A DNA stretch of 64,000 bases from Squalus acanthias. Its lineage: Eukaryota. The stretch lies in NCBI GenBank assembly GCA_030390025.1, contig JASTWF010000359.1, positions 372,001-436,000 on the forward strand, given 5' to 3'. The notes under the pieces are model-generated. The model searched no databases. It was not told the DNA's origin and was given only the letters and a program-made list of their open reading frames with translations. Positions 1-11,901 of this stretch are shown here, in pieces; the stretch's first letter is position 1, and every line of letters begins with the position of its first letter. Made by a program: the position numbers and the translations under genes.

Positions 1-58
1 CTCGACGGGCCGAATGGCCTACTCCTGCTCCTAGATTCTATGTTTCTATGTTTCTATG
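1..58 (+). mobile_element. 3' terminus of a CR1 LINE (or of a SINE with a CR1-derived tail); continues upstream of the window
   Basis: CTCGACGGGCCGAATGGCCTACTCCTGCTCCTA followed by (TTCTATGT)x~3; matches the 3' ends of the CR1 copies at ~14010-14068, ~52865-52921 and ~60935-60987. Confidence 0.85.
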
Positions 59-537
59 AAAGACCTTGGTGAGGGTGAAAGACCTTGGTGAGGGTGAAAC
101 ACCTTGGTGAGGATGAAAGACCTTTGAAAGACCTTGGTGAGGGTGAAAGACCTTGGTGAGGATGAAAGACCTTGGTGAGGGTGAAAGACCTTGATGAGGA
201 TGAAAGACCTTGGTGAGGGTGAAAGACCTTGGTGAGGATGAAAGACCTTGGTGAGGGTGAAAGACCTTGATGAGGGTGAAAGACCTTGGTGAGGGTGAAA
301 CACCTTGGTGAGGATGAAAGACCTTGGTGAGGATGAAAGACCTTGGTGAGGATGAAAGACCTTGGTGAGGGTGAAAGACCTTGGTGAGGATGAAAGACCT
401 TGGTGAGGATGAAAGACCTTGGTGAGGATGAAAGACCTTGGTGAGGATGAAAGACCTTGGTGAGGATGAAAGACCTTGGTGAGGATGGAACGCCCTTGGT
501 GAGGATGAAAGACCTTGGTGATGGTGAAAGACCTTGA
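59..537. repeat. 19-bp minisatellite, consensus AAAGACCTTGGTGAGG(A/G)TG, ~25 copies
   Basis: Direct tandem periodicity of 19 nt with two main variants (GGATG/GGGTG), one short unit near 117-127 and degenerate terminal units. Explains the three overlapping minus-strand ORFs at 38-645. Confidence 0.97.
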
Positions 538-944
538 TTTTTTGGACCAACAGTCACCAGGGTGTTCCACACCCTCCTGCTGTACCTCCCACAACAAAGA
601 ACCATTTATTTGACATTGTATTGCAGATGCGGGTTGTCGACTCATCCAACATTTCTACATCTGCACCACATGAGGGCAGACTGTGTCCGTTGCTTGCACA
701 TGACATCTATGCTCCCGTATCATAGATAGTTTAAAGACTGAGGACCTGAGATCCTGAAAGGAAAGTGCGATCAGGTACTGGTGGGATCTCATGGCAGGCA
801 GAAGGCCCACCCCACCAGTTTACTGAGCGTCTCAGGAAAATCCAGGCCCGTGTTTCAGCGAGCTATTCAACTTGAGGGCTATCTTAGCTGAGCCCAGTTA
901 TTTGCATACGTGATATTCACACACATACACTCTCCAAAGGGATT

Positions 945-1091
945 ACTAGGTAGTGATCAGCACTGGATGGGGAGCCCTGCGACCTTTCCCCCCTCCCCAG
1001 CTCCCCAACACTGAAGGCCAAACACAGGTCCTCAGCTGCTGCCCAAGTTGAGATCAGCGAAGTCAACACAAACATGGGACGTTCTGGTCTG
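945..1091 (-). mobile_element. Highly degenerate ancient tRNA-derived SINE fragment (AmnSINE2-like, tentative)
   Basis: Minus strand reads CAGACCAGAACGTCCCATGTTTGTGTTGACTTCGCTGATCTCAACTTGGGCAGC...CTGATCACTACCTAGT. This resembles, from memory, the CAGACCAGGAAGGTCCCAGGTT...CTGTGCTGAGTTAGCTGATCTCAGC block of an old vertebrate SINE. Not aligned computationally. Confidence 0.35.
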
Positions 1092-1293
1092 CCTTCAGTT
1101 ACATACTGGCTTCCCCAGCAGATCCTACAGGGGAGGCCCTGAACACTGCTCAGTGAGCAGCTTTCTCTTCGCTGTTTCCCTTCACTAGAGACACAGATGT
1201 TATGTGAGGGCCGAGAGCAAATTCTAATTACAAGACTTCCTAGTGCTGCCACCCATATCACACACAGCCAAATCATGCATCATAACTTTCATG

Positions 1294-1307
1294 GTTACCA
1301 TGGTAAT
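1294..1307. promoter_or_regulatory. RFX X-box-like palindrome
   Basis: GTTACCATGGTAAT, 13/14 match to the palindromic X-box GTTACCATGGTAAC; forkhead-like TGTTTAT at 1312-1318. Motif match only. Confidence 0.3.
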
Positions 1308-2013
1308 GTGTTGTTTATTAACTCCATAACACACAGACAGCTCTATTACATCTGGTTTATATTACATTATTCTTTCAGTGCAGATTAAAGGCTTGAACAG
1401 AGCAAGTATAGTAACCCAGCATGTGATGTGTAATTCTCAGCCAGCAGAGAGTCCTTTAAACAGCCCCTCGCTCTCCCAGAGAAAAACAGCAGCTACAATA
1501 CGTCGGCACAATGAGGTTAGCTAAACCTGTTTCTCTCCGGTGACCACACGGTGCAGGAGCAGGACTATTCCCCATCGCCTGCAGCTGTTCCCATGTCAAT
1601 GTGACGAAGCAGAGAAAGGAACGTGTTCCACACAGTCCAATCCTGGGAAAAGGGAGAAGTGCAGTGAGGAGAATGGGGGATGGGGGGCAGGGGTGGAAAT
1701 TTGCTGGGAGCACAAACAGAGCAAGAGACTGTTTCAACTCTCAACAGGTCCAGTGGGTTTCGTCAGGATAATTAAACCTTTAGCTGCAGGGCCGAAACAA
1801 TTTCAATGGAACAATGTTGAAATAAAGATTGGCCACACTAGGTGAAATTCCTGTGTAGAGCGTCAGTGTAAATCTCTGGGTGAAGATTCTCTGTCCAGTA
1901 TTTCCAGGGAAACAGGAAACTGAAATAACGGGTTTCCAATTTAACTGAAAATAGCGACAGTGGAAATCATCACCAACACAATTATAATATCGCTGTACCC
2001 CAGAGATTCTGAG

Positions 2014-5000
2014 ACCCACAGTCCCTCACTCGAACCCATTCTTACCCACAGTCTCCCACTCCAACCCATTCTTACCCACAGTCTCTCACTCTAACCCATT
2101 CTTACCCACAGTCTCTCACTCTAACCCATTCTTACCCACAGTCTCCCACTCGAACCCATTCTTACCCACAGTCTCCCACTCGAACCCATTCTTACTCACA
2201 GTCTCTCACTCTAACCCATTCGTACCCACAGTCTCTCACTCAAACCCATTCTCACCCACAGTCTACCAGTCAAACGCATTCTTACCCACAGTCTCCCACT
2301 CTAACCCATTCTTACCCACAGTCTCTCACTCTAACCCATTCTTACCCACAGTCTCTCACTCGAACCTATTCTTACCCACAGTCTCCCACTCTAACCCATT
2401 CTTACCCAAGGTCTCCCACTCTAACCCATTCTTACCCACAATCTCCCACTCTAACGCATTCTTACCCACAGTCTCTCACTCTAACCCATTCTTACCCACA
2501 GTCTCTCACTCTAACGCATTCTTACCCACAGTCTCCCACTTTAACCCATTCTTACCCACAGTCTCTCACTCTAACCCATTCTTACCCACAGTCTCTCACT
2601 CGAACCCATTCTTACCCACAGTCTCCCACTCTAACCCATTCTTACCCACAGTCTCTCACTCGAACCCATTCTTACCCACAGTCTCCCACTCTGACCCATT
2701 CTTACCCACAGTCTCCTACTCTAACCCATTCTTACCCACAGTCTCTCACTCCAACCAATTCTTACACACAGTCTCTCACTCTAAACCATTCTTACCCACA
2801 GTCTCTCACTCTAACCCATTCTTACCCACAGTCTCTCACTCTAACCCATTCTTACCCACAGTCTCTCACTCTAACCCATTCTTACCCACAGTCTCTCACT
2901 CTAACCCATTCTTACACACAGTCTCTCACTCTAACCCATTCTTACCCACAGTCTCTCACTCAAACCAATTCTTACCCACAGTCTCTCACTCTAACCCATT
3001 CTTACCCACAGTCTCTCACTCTAACCCACTCTTACCCACAGTCTCCCACACTAACCCATTCTTACCCACAGCCTCTCACTCTAACTCATTATTACCCACA
3101 GTCTCTCACTCTAACGCATTCCTACCCACAGTCTCTCACTCTAACCCATTCTTACCCACGATCTCCCACTCTAACCCATTCTTACCCACAGTCTCCCACT
3201 CTAACCCATTCTTACCCACAGTTTATCACTCTAACCCATTCTTACCCAGTCTCTCACTATAACCAATTCTTACCCACAGTCTCTCACTCTAACCCATTCT
3301 TACCCACAGTCTCCCACTCTAACCCATTCTCAACCACAGTCTCCCACTCAAAACCATTCTTACCCACAGTCTCCCACTCGAACTCATTCTTACCCACTGT
3401 CTCTCACTCTAACCCATTCTTACCCACAGTCTCCCACTCTAACCCATTCTTACCCACAGTCTCTCACTCTAACCCATTCTCAACCACAGTCTCCCACTCA
3501 AAACCATTCTTACCCACAGTCTCTCACTCTAACTCATTCTTACCCACAGTCTCTCACTCTAACCCATTCTTACCCACAGTCTCCCACTCTAACCCATTCT
3601 TACCCACAGTCTCTCACTCTAACCCATTCTTACCCACAGCCTCTCCCACTCTAACCCATACTAACCCACAGTCTCTCACTCTAACCCATTCTTACCCACA
3701 GTCTCCCACTCTAACCCATTCTTACCCACAGTCTCTCACTCGAACCCATTCTTACCCACAGTCTCCCACTCAAACCCATTCTTACCCACAGTCTCCCACT
3801 CTAACCCATTCTTACCCACAGTCTCTCACTCTAACCAATTCTTACCCACAGTCTCTCACTCTAACCCATTCTTACCCACAGTCTCTCACTCTAACCCATT
3901 CTTACCCACAGTCTCTCACTCTAACCCATTCTTACCCACAGTCTCTCACTCTAACCCATTCTTACCCACAGTCTCTCACTCTAACCAATTCTTACCCACA
4001 GTCTCTCACTCTAACCCATTCTTACCCACAGTCTCTCACTCTAGCCCATTCTTACCCACAGTCTCTCACTCTAACCCATTCTTACCCACAGTCTCTCAAC
4101 CTAACCCATTCTTACCCACAGTCTCTCACTCTAACCAATTCTTACCCACAGTCTCTCACTCTAACTCATTCTTACCCACAGCCTCTCACTCTAACCCATT
4201 CTTAACCACAGTCTCTCCCACTCTAACCCATTCTTACCCACAGTCTCTCACTCTAACCCATTCTTACCCACAGTCTCCCACTCTAACCCATTCTTACCCA
4301 CAGTCTCTCACTCGAACCCATTCTTACCCACAGTCTCCCACTCTAACCCATTCTTACCCACAGTCTCCCACTCTAACCCATTCTTACCCACAGTCTGTCA
4401 CTCTAACCCATTCTAACCCACAGTCTCTCACTCTAACCAATTCTTACCCACTGTCTCTCACTCTAAACCATTCTTACCCACAGTCTCTCACTCTAACCCA
4501 TTCTTACACACAGTCTCTCACTCTAACCCATTCTTACCCACGGTCTCTCACTCTAACCCATTCTTACACTCAGTCTCTCACTCTAACCCATTCTTACACA
4601 CAGTCTCTCACTCTAACCCATTCTTACCCACAGTCTCTCACTCTAACCCATTCTTACACACAGTCTCTCACTCTAACCCATTCTTACCCACAGTCTCTCA
4701 CTCTAACCCATTCTTACCCACAGTCTCTCACTCTAACCCATTCTTACCCACAGTCTCCCACTCTAACCCATTCTTACCCACAGTCTCTCACTCTAACCCA
4801 TTCTTACCCACAGTCTCTCACTCTAACCCATTCTTACCCACAGTCTCTCACTCGAACCCATTCTTACCCACAGTCTCCCACTCTAACCCATTCTTACCCA
4901 CAGTCTCTCACTCTAACCAATTCTTACCAACAGTCTCCCACTCTAACCCATTCTTACCCACAGTCTCTCACTCTAACCCATTCTTACCCACAGTCTCTCA

Positions 5001-8000
5001 CTCTAACCCATTCTTACCCACAGTCTCTCACTCGAACCCATTCTTACCCACAGTCTCAAACTCTAACCCATTCTTACCCACAGTCTCTCACTCTAACCCA
5101 TTCTTACCCACAGTCTCTCACTCTAACCCATTCTTACCCACAGTCTCTCACTCTAACCCATTCTTATCAACAGTCTCTCACTCTAACCCATTCTTACCCA
5201 CAGTCTCCCACTCTAACACATTCTTACCCACAGTCTCTCACTCTAACCCATTCTTACCCACAGTCTCCCACTCTAACCCATTCTTACCCACAGTCTCTCA
5301 CTCGAACCCATTCTTACCCACAGTCTCCCACTCTAACCCATTCTTACCCACAGTCTCCCACTCTAACCCATTCTTACCCACAGTCTGTCACTCTAACCCA
5401 TTCTAACCCACAGTCTCTCACTCTAACCAATTCTTACCCACTGTCTCTCACTCTAAACCATTCTTACCCACAGTCTCTCACTCTAACCCATTCTTACACA
5501 CAGTCTCTCACTCTAACCCATTCTTACCCACGGTCTCTCACTCTAACCCATTCTTACACTCAGTCTCTCACTCTAACCCATTCTTACACACAGTCTCTCA
5601 CTCTAACCCATTCTTACCCACAGTCTCTCACTCTAACCCATTCTTACACACAGTCTCTCACTCTAACCCATTCTTACCCACAGTCTCTCACTCTAACCCA
5701 TTCTTACCCACAGTCTCTCACTCTAACCCATTCTTACCCACAGTCTCCCACTCTAACCCATTCTTACCCACAGTCTCTCACTCTAACCCATTCTTACCCA
5801 CAGTCTCTCACTCTAACCCATTCTTACCCACAGTCTCTCACTCGAACCCATTCTTACCCACAGTCTCCCACTCTAACCCATTCTTACCCACAGTCTCTCA
5901 CTCTAACCAATTCTTACCAACAGTCTCCCACTCTAACCCATTCTTACCCACAGTCTCTCACTCTAACCCATTCTTACCCACAGTCTCTCACTCTAACCCA
6001 TTCTTACCCACAGTCTCTCACTCGAACCCATTCTTACCCACAGTCTCAAACTCTAACCCATTCTTACCCACAGTCTCTCACTCTAACCCATTCTTACCCA
6101 CAGTCTCTCACTCTAACCCATTCTTACCCACAGTCTCTCACTCTAACCCATTCTTATCAACAGTCTCTCACTCTAACCCATTCTTACCCACAGTCTCCCA
6201 CTCTAACACATTCTTACCCACAGTCTCTCACTCCACCCCATTCTTACCCACAGTCTCTCCCTCTCTAACCCATTCTTACCCACAGTCTCTCACTCTAACC
6301 CATTCTTACCCACAGTATCCCACTCTAACCCATTCTTGCACACAGTCTCTCACTCTAACCCATTCTTATCCACAGACTCTCCTACTCTAACCAATTCTTA
6401 CCCACAGTCTCTCACTCTAACCCATTCTTACCCACAGTCTCCCACTCTAACCCATTCTTACCCACAGTCTCTCACTCTAACCCATTCTTACCCACAGTCT
6501 CTCACTCTAACCCATTCTTACCCACAGTCTCTCACTCTAGCCCATCCTTACCCACAGTCTCTCACTCTAACCCATTCTTACCCACAGTCTCCCACTCTAA
6601 CCCATCCTTACCCACAGTCTCTCACTCTAACCCATTCTTACCCACAGTCTCTCACTCTAGCCCATTCTTACCCACAGTCTCTCACTCTAACCCATTCTTA
6701 CCCACAGTCTCCCACTCTAACCCATTCTTACCCACAGTCTCTCACTCTAACCCATTCTTACCCACAGTCTCTCACTCTAACCCATTCTTACCCACAGTCT
6801 CTCACTCTAGCCCATTCTTACCCACAGTCTCTCACTCTAACCCATTCTTACCCACAGTCTCTCACTCTAGCCCATTCTAACCCACAGTCTCTCACTCTAA
6901 CCCATTCTTACCCACAGTCTCCCACTCTAACCCATTCTTCCCCACAGTCTCTCACTCTAACCCATTCTTACCCACAGTCTCCCACTCTAACCCATTCTTA
7001 CCCACAGTCTCTCACTCTAACCCATTCTTACCCACAGTCTCTCACTCTAACACATTCTTACCCACAGTCTCTCACTCTAACCAATTCTTACCCACAGTCT
7101 CCCACTCTAACCCACTCTTACCCACAGTCTCCCACTCTAACCCATTCCTACCCACAGTCTCTCACTCTAACCCATTCTTACCCACAGTCTCTCACTCTAA
7201 CACATTCTTATCCACTGTCTCCCCCTCTAACCCATTCTTACCAACAGTCTCCCACTTTAACCCATTCTTACCCACAATCTCCCACTCTAACCCATTCTTA
7301 CCAACAGTCTCTCACTCTAGCCCATTCTGACACACAATCTCCCACTCTAACCCATTTTTACCCACAGTCTCTCACTCTAACCCATTCTTACCCACAGTCT
7401 CCCACTTTAACCCAATCTTACCCACAGTCTCTCACTCCACCCCATTCTTACCCACAGTCTCTCCCACTCTAACCCATTCTTACCCACAGTCTCTCACTCT
7501 AACCCATTCTTACCCACAGTCTCCCACTCTAACCCATTCTTGCACACAGTCTCTCACTCTAACCCATTCTTACCCACAGTCTCCCACTCTAACCCATCCT
7601 TACCCACAGTCTCTCACTCTAACCCATTCTTACCCACAGTCTCCCACTCTAACCCATTCTTACCCACAGTCTCCCACTCAAACCCATCCTTACCCACAGT
7701 CTCTCACTCTAACCCATTCTTACCCACAGTCTCTCACTCGAGCCCATTCTTACCCACAGTCTCTCACTCTAACCCATTCTTACCCACAGACTCCCACTCT
7801 AACCCATTCTTACCCACAGTCTCTCACTCTAACCCATTCTTACCCACAGTCTCTCACTCTAACCCATTCTTACCCACAGTCTCTCACTCTAGCCCATTCT
7901 TACCCACAGTCTCCCACTCTAACCCATTCTTACCCACAGTCTCTCACTCTAACCCATTCTTACCCACAGTCTCCCACTCTAACCCATTCTTACCCACAGT

Positions 8001-11000
8001 CTCTCACTCTAACCCATTCTTACCCACAGTCTCTCACTCTAACCAATTCTTACCCACAGTCTCCCACTCTAACCCATTCTTACCCACAGTCTCCCTCTCT
8101 AACCCATTCCTACCCACAGTCTCTCACTCTAACCCATTCTTACCCACAGTCTCTCACTCTAACACATTCTTATCCACTGTCTCCCTCTCTCACCCATTCT
8201 TACCAACAGTCTCCCACTTTAACCCATTCTTACCCACAATCTCCCACTCTAACCCATTCTTACCCACAGTCTCTCACTCTAGCCCATTCTGACACACAAT
8301 CTCCCACTCTAACCCATTCTTACCCACAGTCTCTCACTCTAACCCATTCTTACCCACAGTCTCCCACTTTAACCCATTCTTACCCACAGTCTCTCACTCT
8401 AACCCATTCTTACTCACAGTCTCTCACTCTAACCCATTCTTACCCACAGTCTCCCACTCCAACCCATTCTTACCCACAGTCTCTCACTCTAACCCATTCT
8501 TACCCACAGTCTCTCACTCTAACCCATTCTTACCCACAGTCTCCCACTCTAACCCATTCTTACCCACAGTCTTCCACTCGAACCCATTCTTACCCACAGT
8601 CTCTCACTCTAACCCATTGTTACCCACAGTCTCGCACTTTAACCCATTCTTACCCACAGTCTCTCACTCTAGCCCATCCTTACCCACAGTCTCTCACTCT
8701 AACCCATTCTTACCCACAGTCTCCCACTCTAACCCATCCTTACCCACAGTCTCCCACTCTAACCCATTCTTACCCACAGTCTCTCACTCTAGCCCATTCT
8801 TACCCACAGTCTCTCACTCTAACCCATTCTTACCCACAGTCTCCCACTCTAACCCATTCTTACCCACAGTCTCTCACTCTAAACCATTCTTACCCACAGT
8901 CTCTCACTCTAACCCATTCTTACCCACAGTCTCTCACTCTAGCCCATTCTTACCCACAGTCTCTCACTCTAACCCATTCTTACCCACAGTCTCTCACTCT
9001 AGCCCATTCTTACCCACAGTCTCTCACTCTAACCCATTCTTACCCACAGTCTCCCACTCTAACACATTCTTCCCCACAGTCTCTCACTCTAACCCATTCT
9101 TACCCACAGCCTCCCACTCTAACCCATTCTTACCCACAGTCTCTCACTCTAACCCATTCTTACCCACAGTCTCTCACTCTAACCCATTCTTACCCACAGT
9201 CTCTCACTCTAACCAATTCTTACCCACAGTCTCCCACTCTAACCCATTCTTACCCACAGTCTCCCACTCTAACCCATTCCTACCCACAGTCTCTCACTCT
9301 AACCCATTCTTACCCACAGTCTCTCACTCTAACACATTCTTATCCACTGTCTCCCCCTCTAACCCATTCTTACCAACAGTCTCCCACTTTAACCCATTCT
9401 TACCCACAATCTCCCACTCTAACCCATTCTTACCAACAGTCTCTCACTCTAGCCCATTCTGACACACAATCTCCCACTCGAACCCATTTTTACCCACAGT
9501 CTCTCACTCTAACCCATTCTTACCCACAGTCTCCCACTTTAACCCATTCTTACCCACAGTCTCTCACTCTAACCCATTCTTACCCACAGTCTCCCACTCT
9601 AATCCATTCTTACCAACAGTCTCCCACTTTAACCCATTCTTACCCACAATCTCCCACTCTAACCCATTCTTACCCACAGTCTCTCACTCTAGCCCATTCT
9701 GACACACAATCTCCCATTCTAACCCATTCTTACCCACAGTCTCTCACTCTAACCCATTCTTACCCACAGTCTCCCACTTTAACCCATTCTTACCCACAGT
9801 CTGTCACTCTAACCCATTCTTACTCACAGTCTCTCACTCTAACCCATTCTTACCCACAGTCTCCCACTCCAACCCATTCTTACCCACAGTCTCTCACTCT
9901 AACCCATTCTTACCCACAGTCTCTCACTCTAACCCATTCTTACCCACAGTCTCCCACTCTAACCCATTCTTACCCACAGTCTTCCACTCGAACCCATTCT
10001 TACCCACAGTCTCTCACTCTAACCCATTGTTACCCACAGTCTCCCACTTTAACCCATTCTTACCCACAGTCTCTCACTCTAACCCATTCGTCCTCACAAA
10101 CTCTCACTCTAACACATTATTACCCACAGTCTCTCACTCTAGCCCATTCTTACCCACAGTCTCCCACTCTAACCCATTCTTACCCACAGTCTCTCACTCT
10201 AACCCATTCTTACCCACAGTCTCCCACTCTAACCCATTCTTACCCACAGTCTCTCACTCTAACCCATTCTTACCCACAGTCTCTCACTCTAACCAATTCT
10301 TACCCACAGTCTCCCACTCTAACCCATTCTTACCCACAGTCTCCCTCTCTAACCCATTCCTACCCACAGTCTCTCACTCTAACCCATTCTTACCCACAGT
10401 CTCTCACTCTAACACATTCTTATCCACTGTCTCCCCCTCTCACCCATTCTTACCAACAGTCTCCCACTTTAACCCATTCTTACCCACAATCTCCCACTCT
10501 AACCCATTCTTACCCACAGTCTCTCACTCTAGCCCATTCTGACACACAATCTCCCACTCTAACCCATTCTTACCCACAGTCTCTCACTCTAACCCATTCT
10601 TACCCACAGTCTCCCACTTTAACCCATTCTTACCCACAGTCTCTCACTCTAACCCATTCTTACTCACAGTCTCTCACTCTAACCCATTCTTACCCACAGT
10701 CTCCCACTCCAACCCATTCTTACCCACAGTCTCTCACTCTAACCCATTCTTACCCACAGTCTCTCACTCTAACCCATTCTTACCCACAGTCTCCCACTCT
10801 AACCCATTCTTACCCACAGTCTTCCACTCGAACCCATTCTTATCCACAGTCTCTCACTCTAACCCATTGTTACCCACAGTCTCGCACTTTAACCCATTCT
10901 TACCCACAGTCTCTCACTCTAGCCCATCCTTACCCACAGTCTCTCACTCTAACCCATTCTTACCCACAGTCTCCCACTCTAACCCATCCTTACCCACAGT

Positions 11001-11901
11001 CTCTCACTCTAACCCATTCTTACCCACAGTCTCTCACTCTAGCCCATTCTTACCCACAGTCTCTCACTCTAACCCATTCTTACCCACAGTCTCCCACTCT
11101 AACCCATTCTTACCCACAGTCTCTCACTCTAAACCATTCTTACCCACAGTCTCTCACTCTAACCCATTCTTACCCACAGTCTCTCACTCTAGCCCATTCT
11201 TACCCACAGTCTCTCACTCTAACCCATTCTTACCCACAGTCTCTCACTCTAGCCCATTCTTACCCACAGTCTCTCACTCTAACCCATTCTTACCCACAGT
11301 CTCCCACTCTAACCCATTCTTCCCCACAGTCTCTCACTCTAACCCATTCTTACCCACAGCCTCCCACTCTAACCCATTCTTACCCACAGTCTCTCACTCT
11401 AACCCATTCTTACCCACAGTCTCTCACTCTAACCCATTCTTACCCACAGTCTCTCACTCTAACCAATTCTTACCCACAGTCTCCCACTCTAACCCATTCT
11501 TACCCACAGTCTCCCACTCTAACCCATTCCTACCCACAGTCTCTCACTCTAACCCATTCTTACCCACAGTCTCTCACTCTAACACATTCTTATCCACTGT
11601 CTCCCCCTCTAACCCATTCTTACCAACAGTCTCCCACTTTAACCCATTCTTACCCACAATCTCCCACTCTAACCCATTCTTACCAACAGTCTCTCACTCT
11701 AGCCCATTCTGACACACAATCTCCCACTCGAACCCATTTTTACCCACAGTCTCTCACTCTAACCCATTCTTACCCACAGTCTCCCACTTTAACCCATTCT
11801 TACCCACAGTCTCTCACTCTAACCCATTCTTACCCACAGTCTCCCACTCTAACCCATTCTTACCAACAGTCTCCCACTTTAACCCATTCTTACCCACAAT
11901 C
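2014..11901. repeat. 30-bp satellite array, left segment (consensus CCCACAGTCTCTCACTCTAACCCATTCTTA)
   Basis: Uninterrupted 30-nt periodicity with substitution variants and occasional 28-32 nt units; ends at the CR1 insertion. Confidence 0.99.

Noticed and set aside
59..537. 19-mer possibly derived from the CR1 'ALVR/TLVR' codons (shares CCTTGGTGAG with 52339-52348)
   Set aside because: Only a 10-nt match; the rest of the unit does not align, so chance cannot be excluded.
38..645. Three overlapping minus-strand ORFs (TKVFHPHQGLSSSPRSF repeats)
   Set aside because: Artefact of a 19-bp unit without minus-strand stops cycling through all frames.
834..849. GGAAAATCCAGGCCC resembling a DNA-transposon terminal inverted repeat
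   Set aside because: No partner inverted repeat or TSD found nearby.
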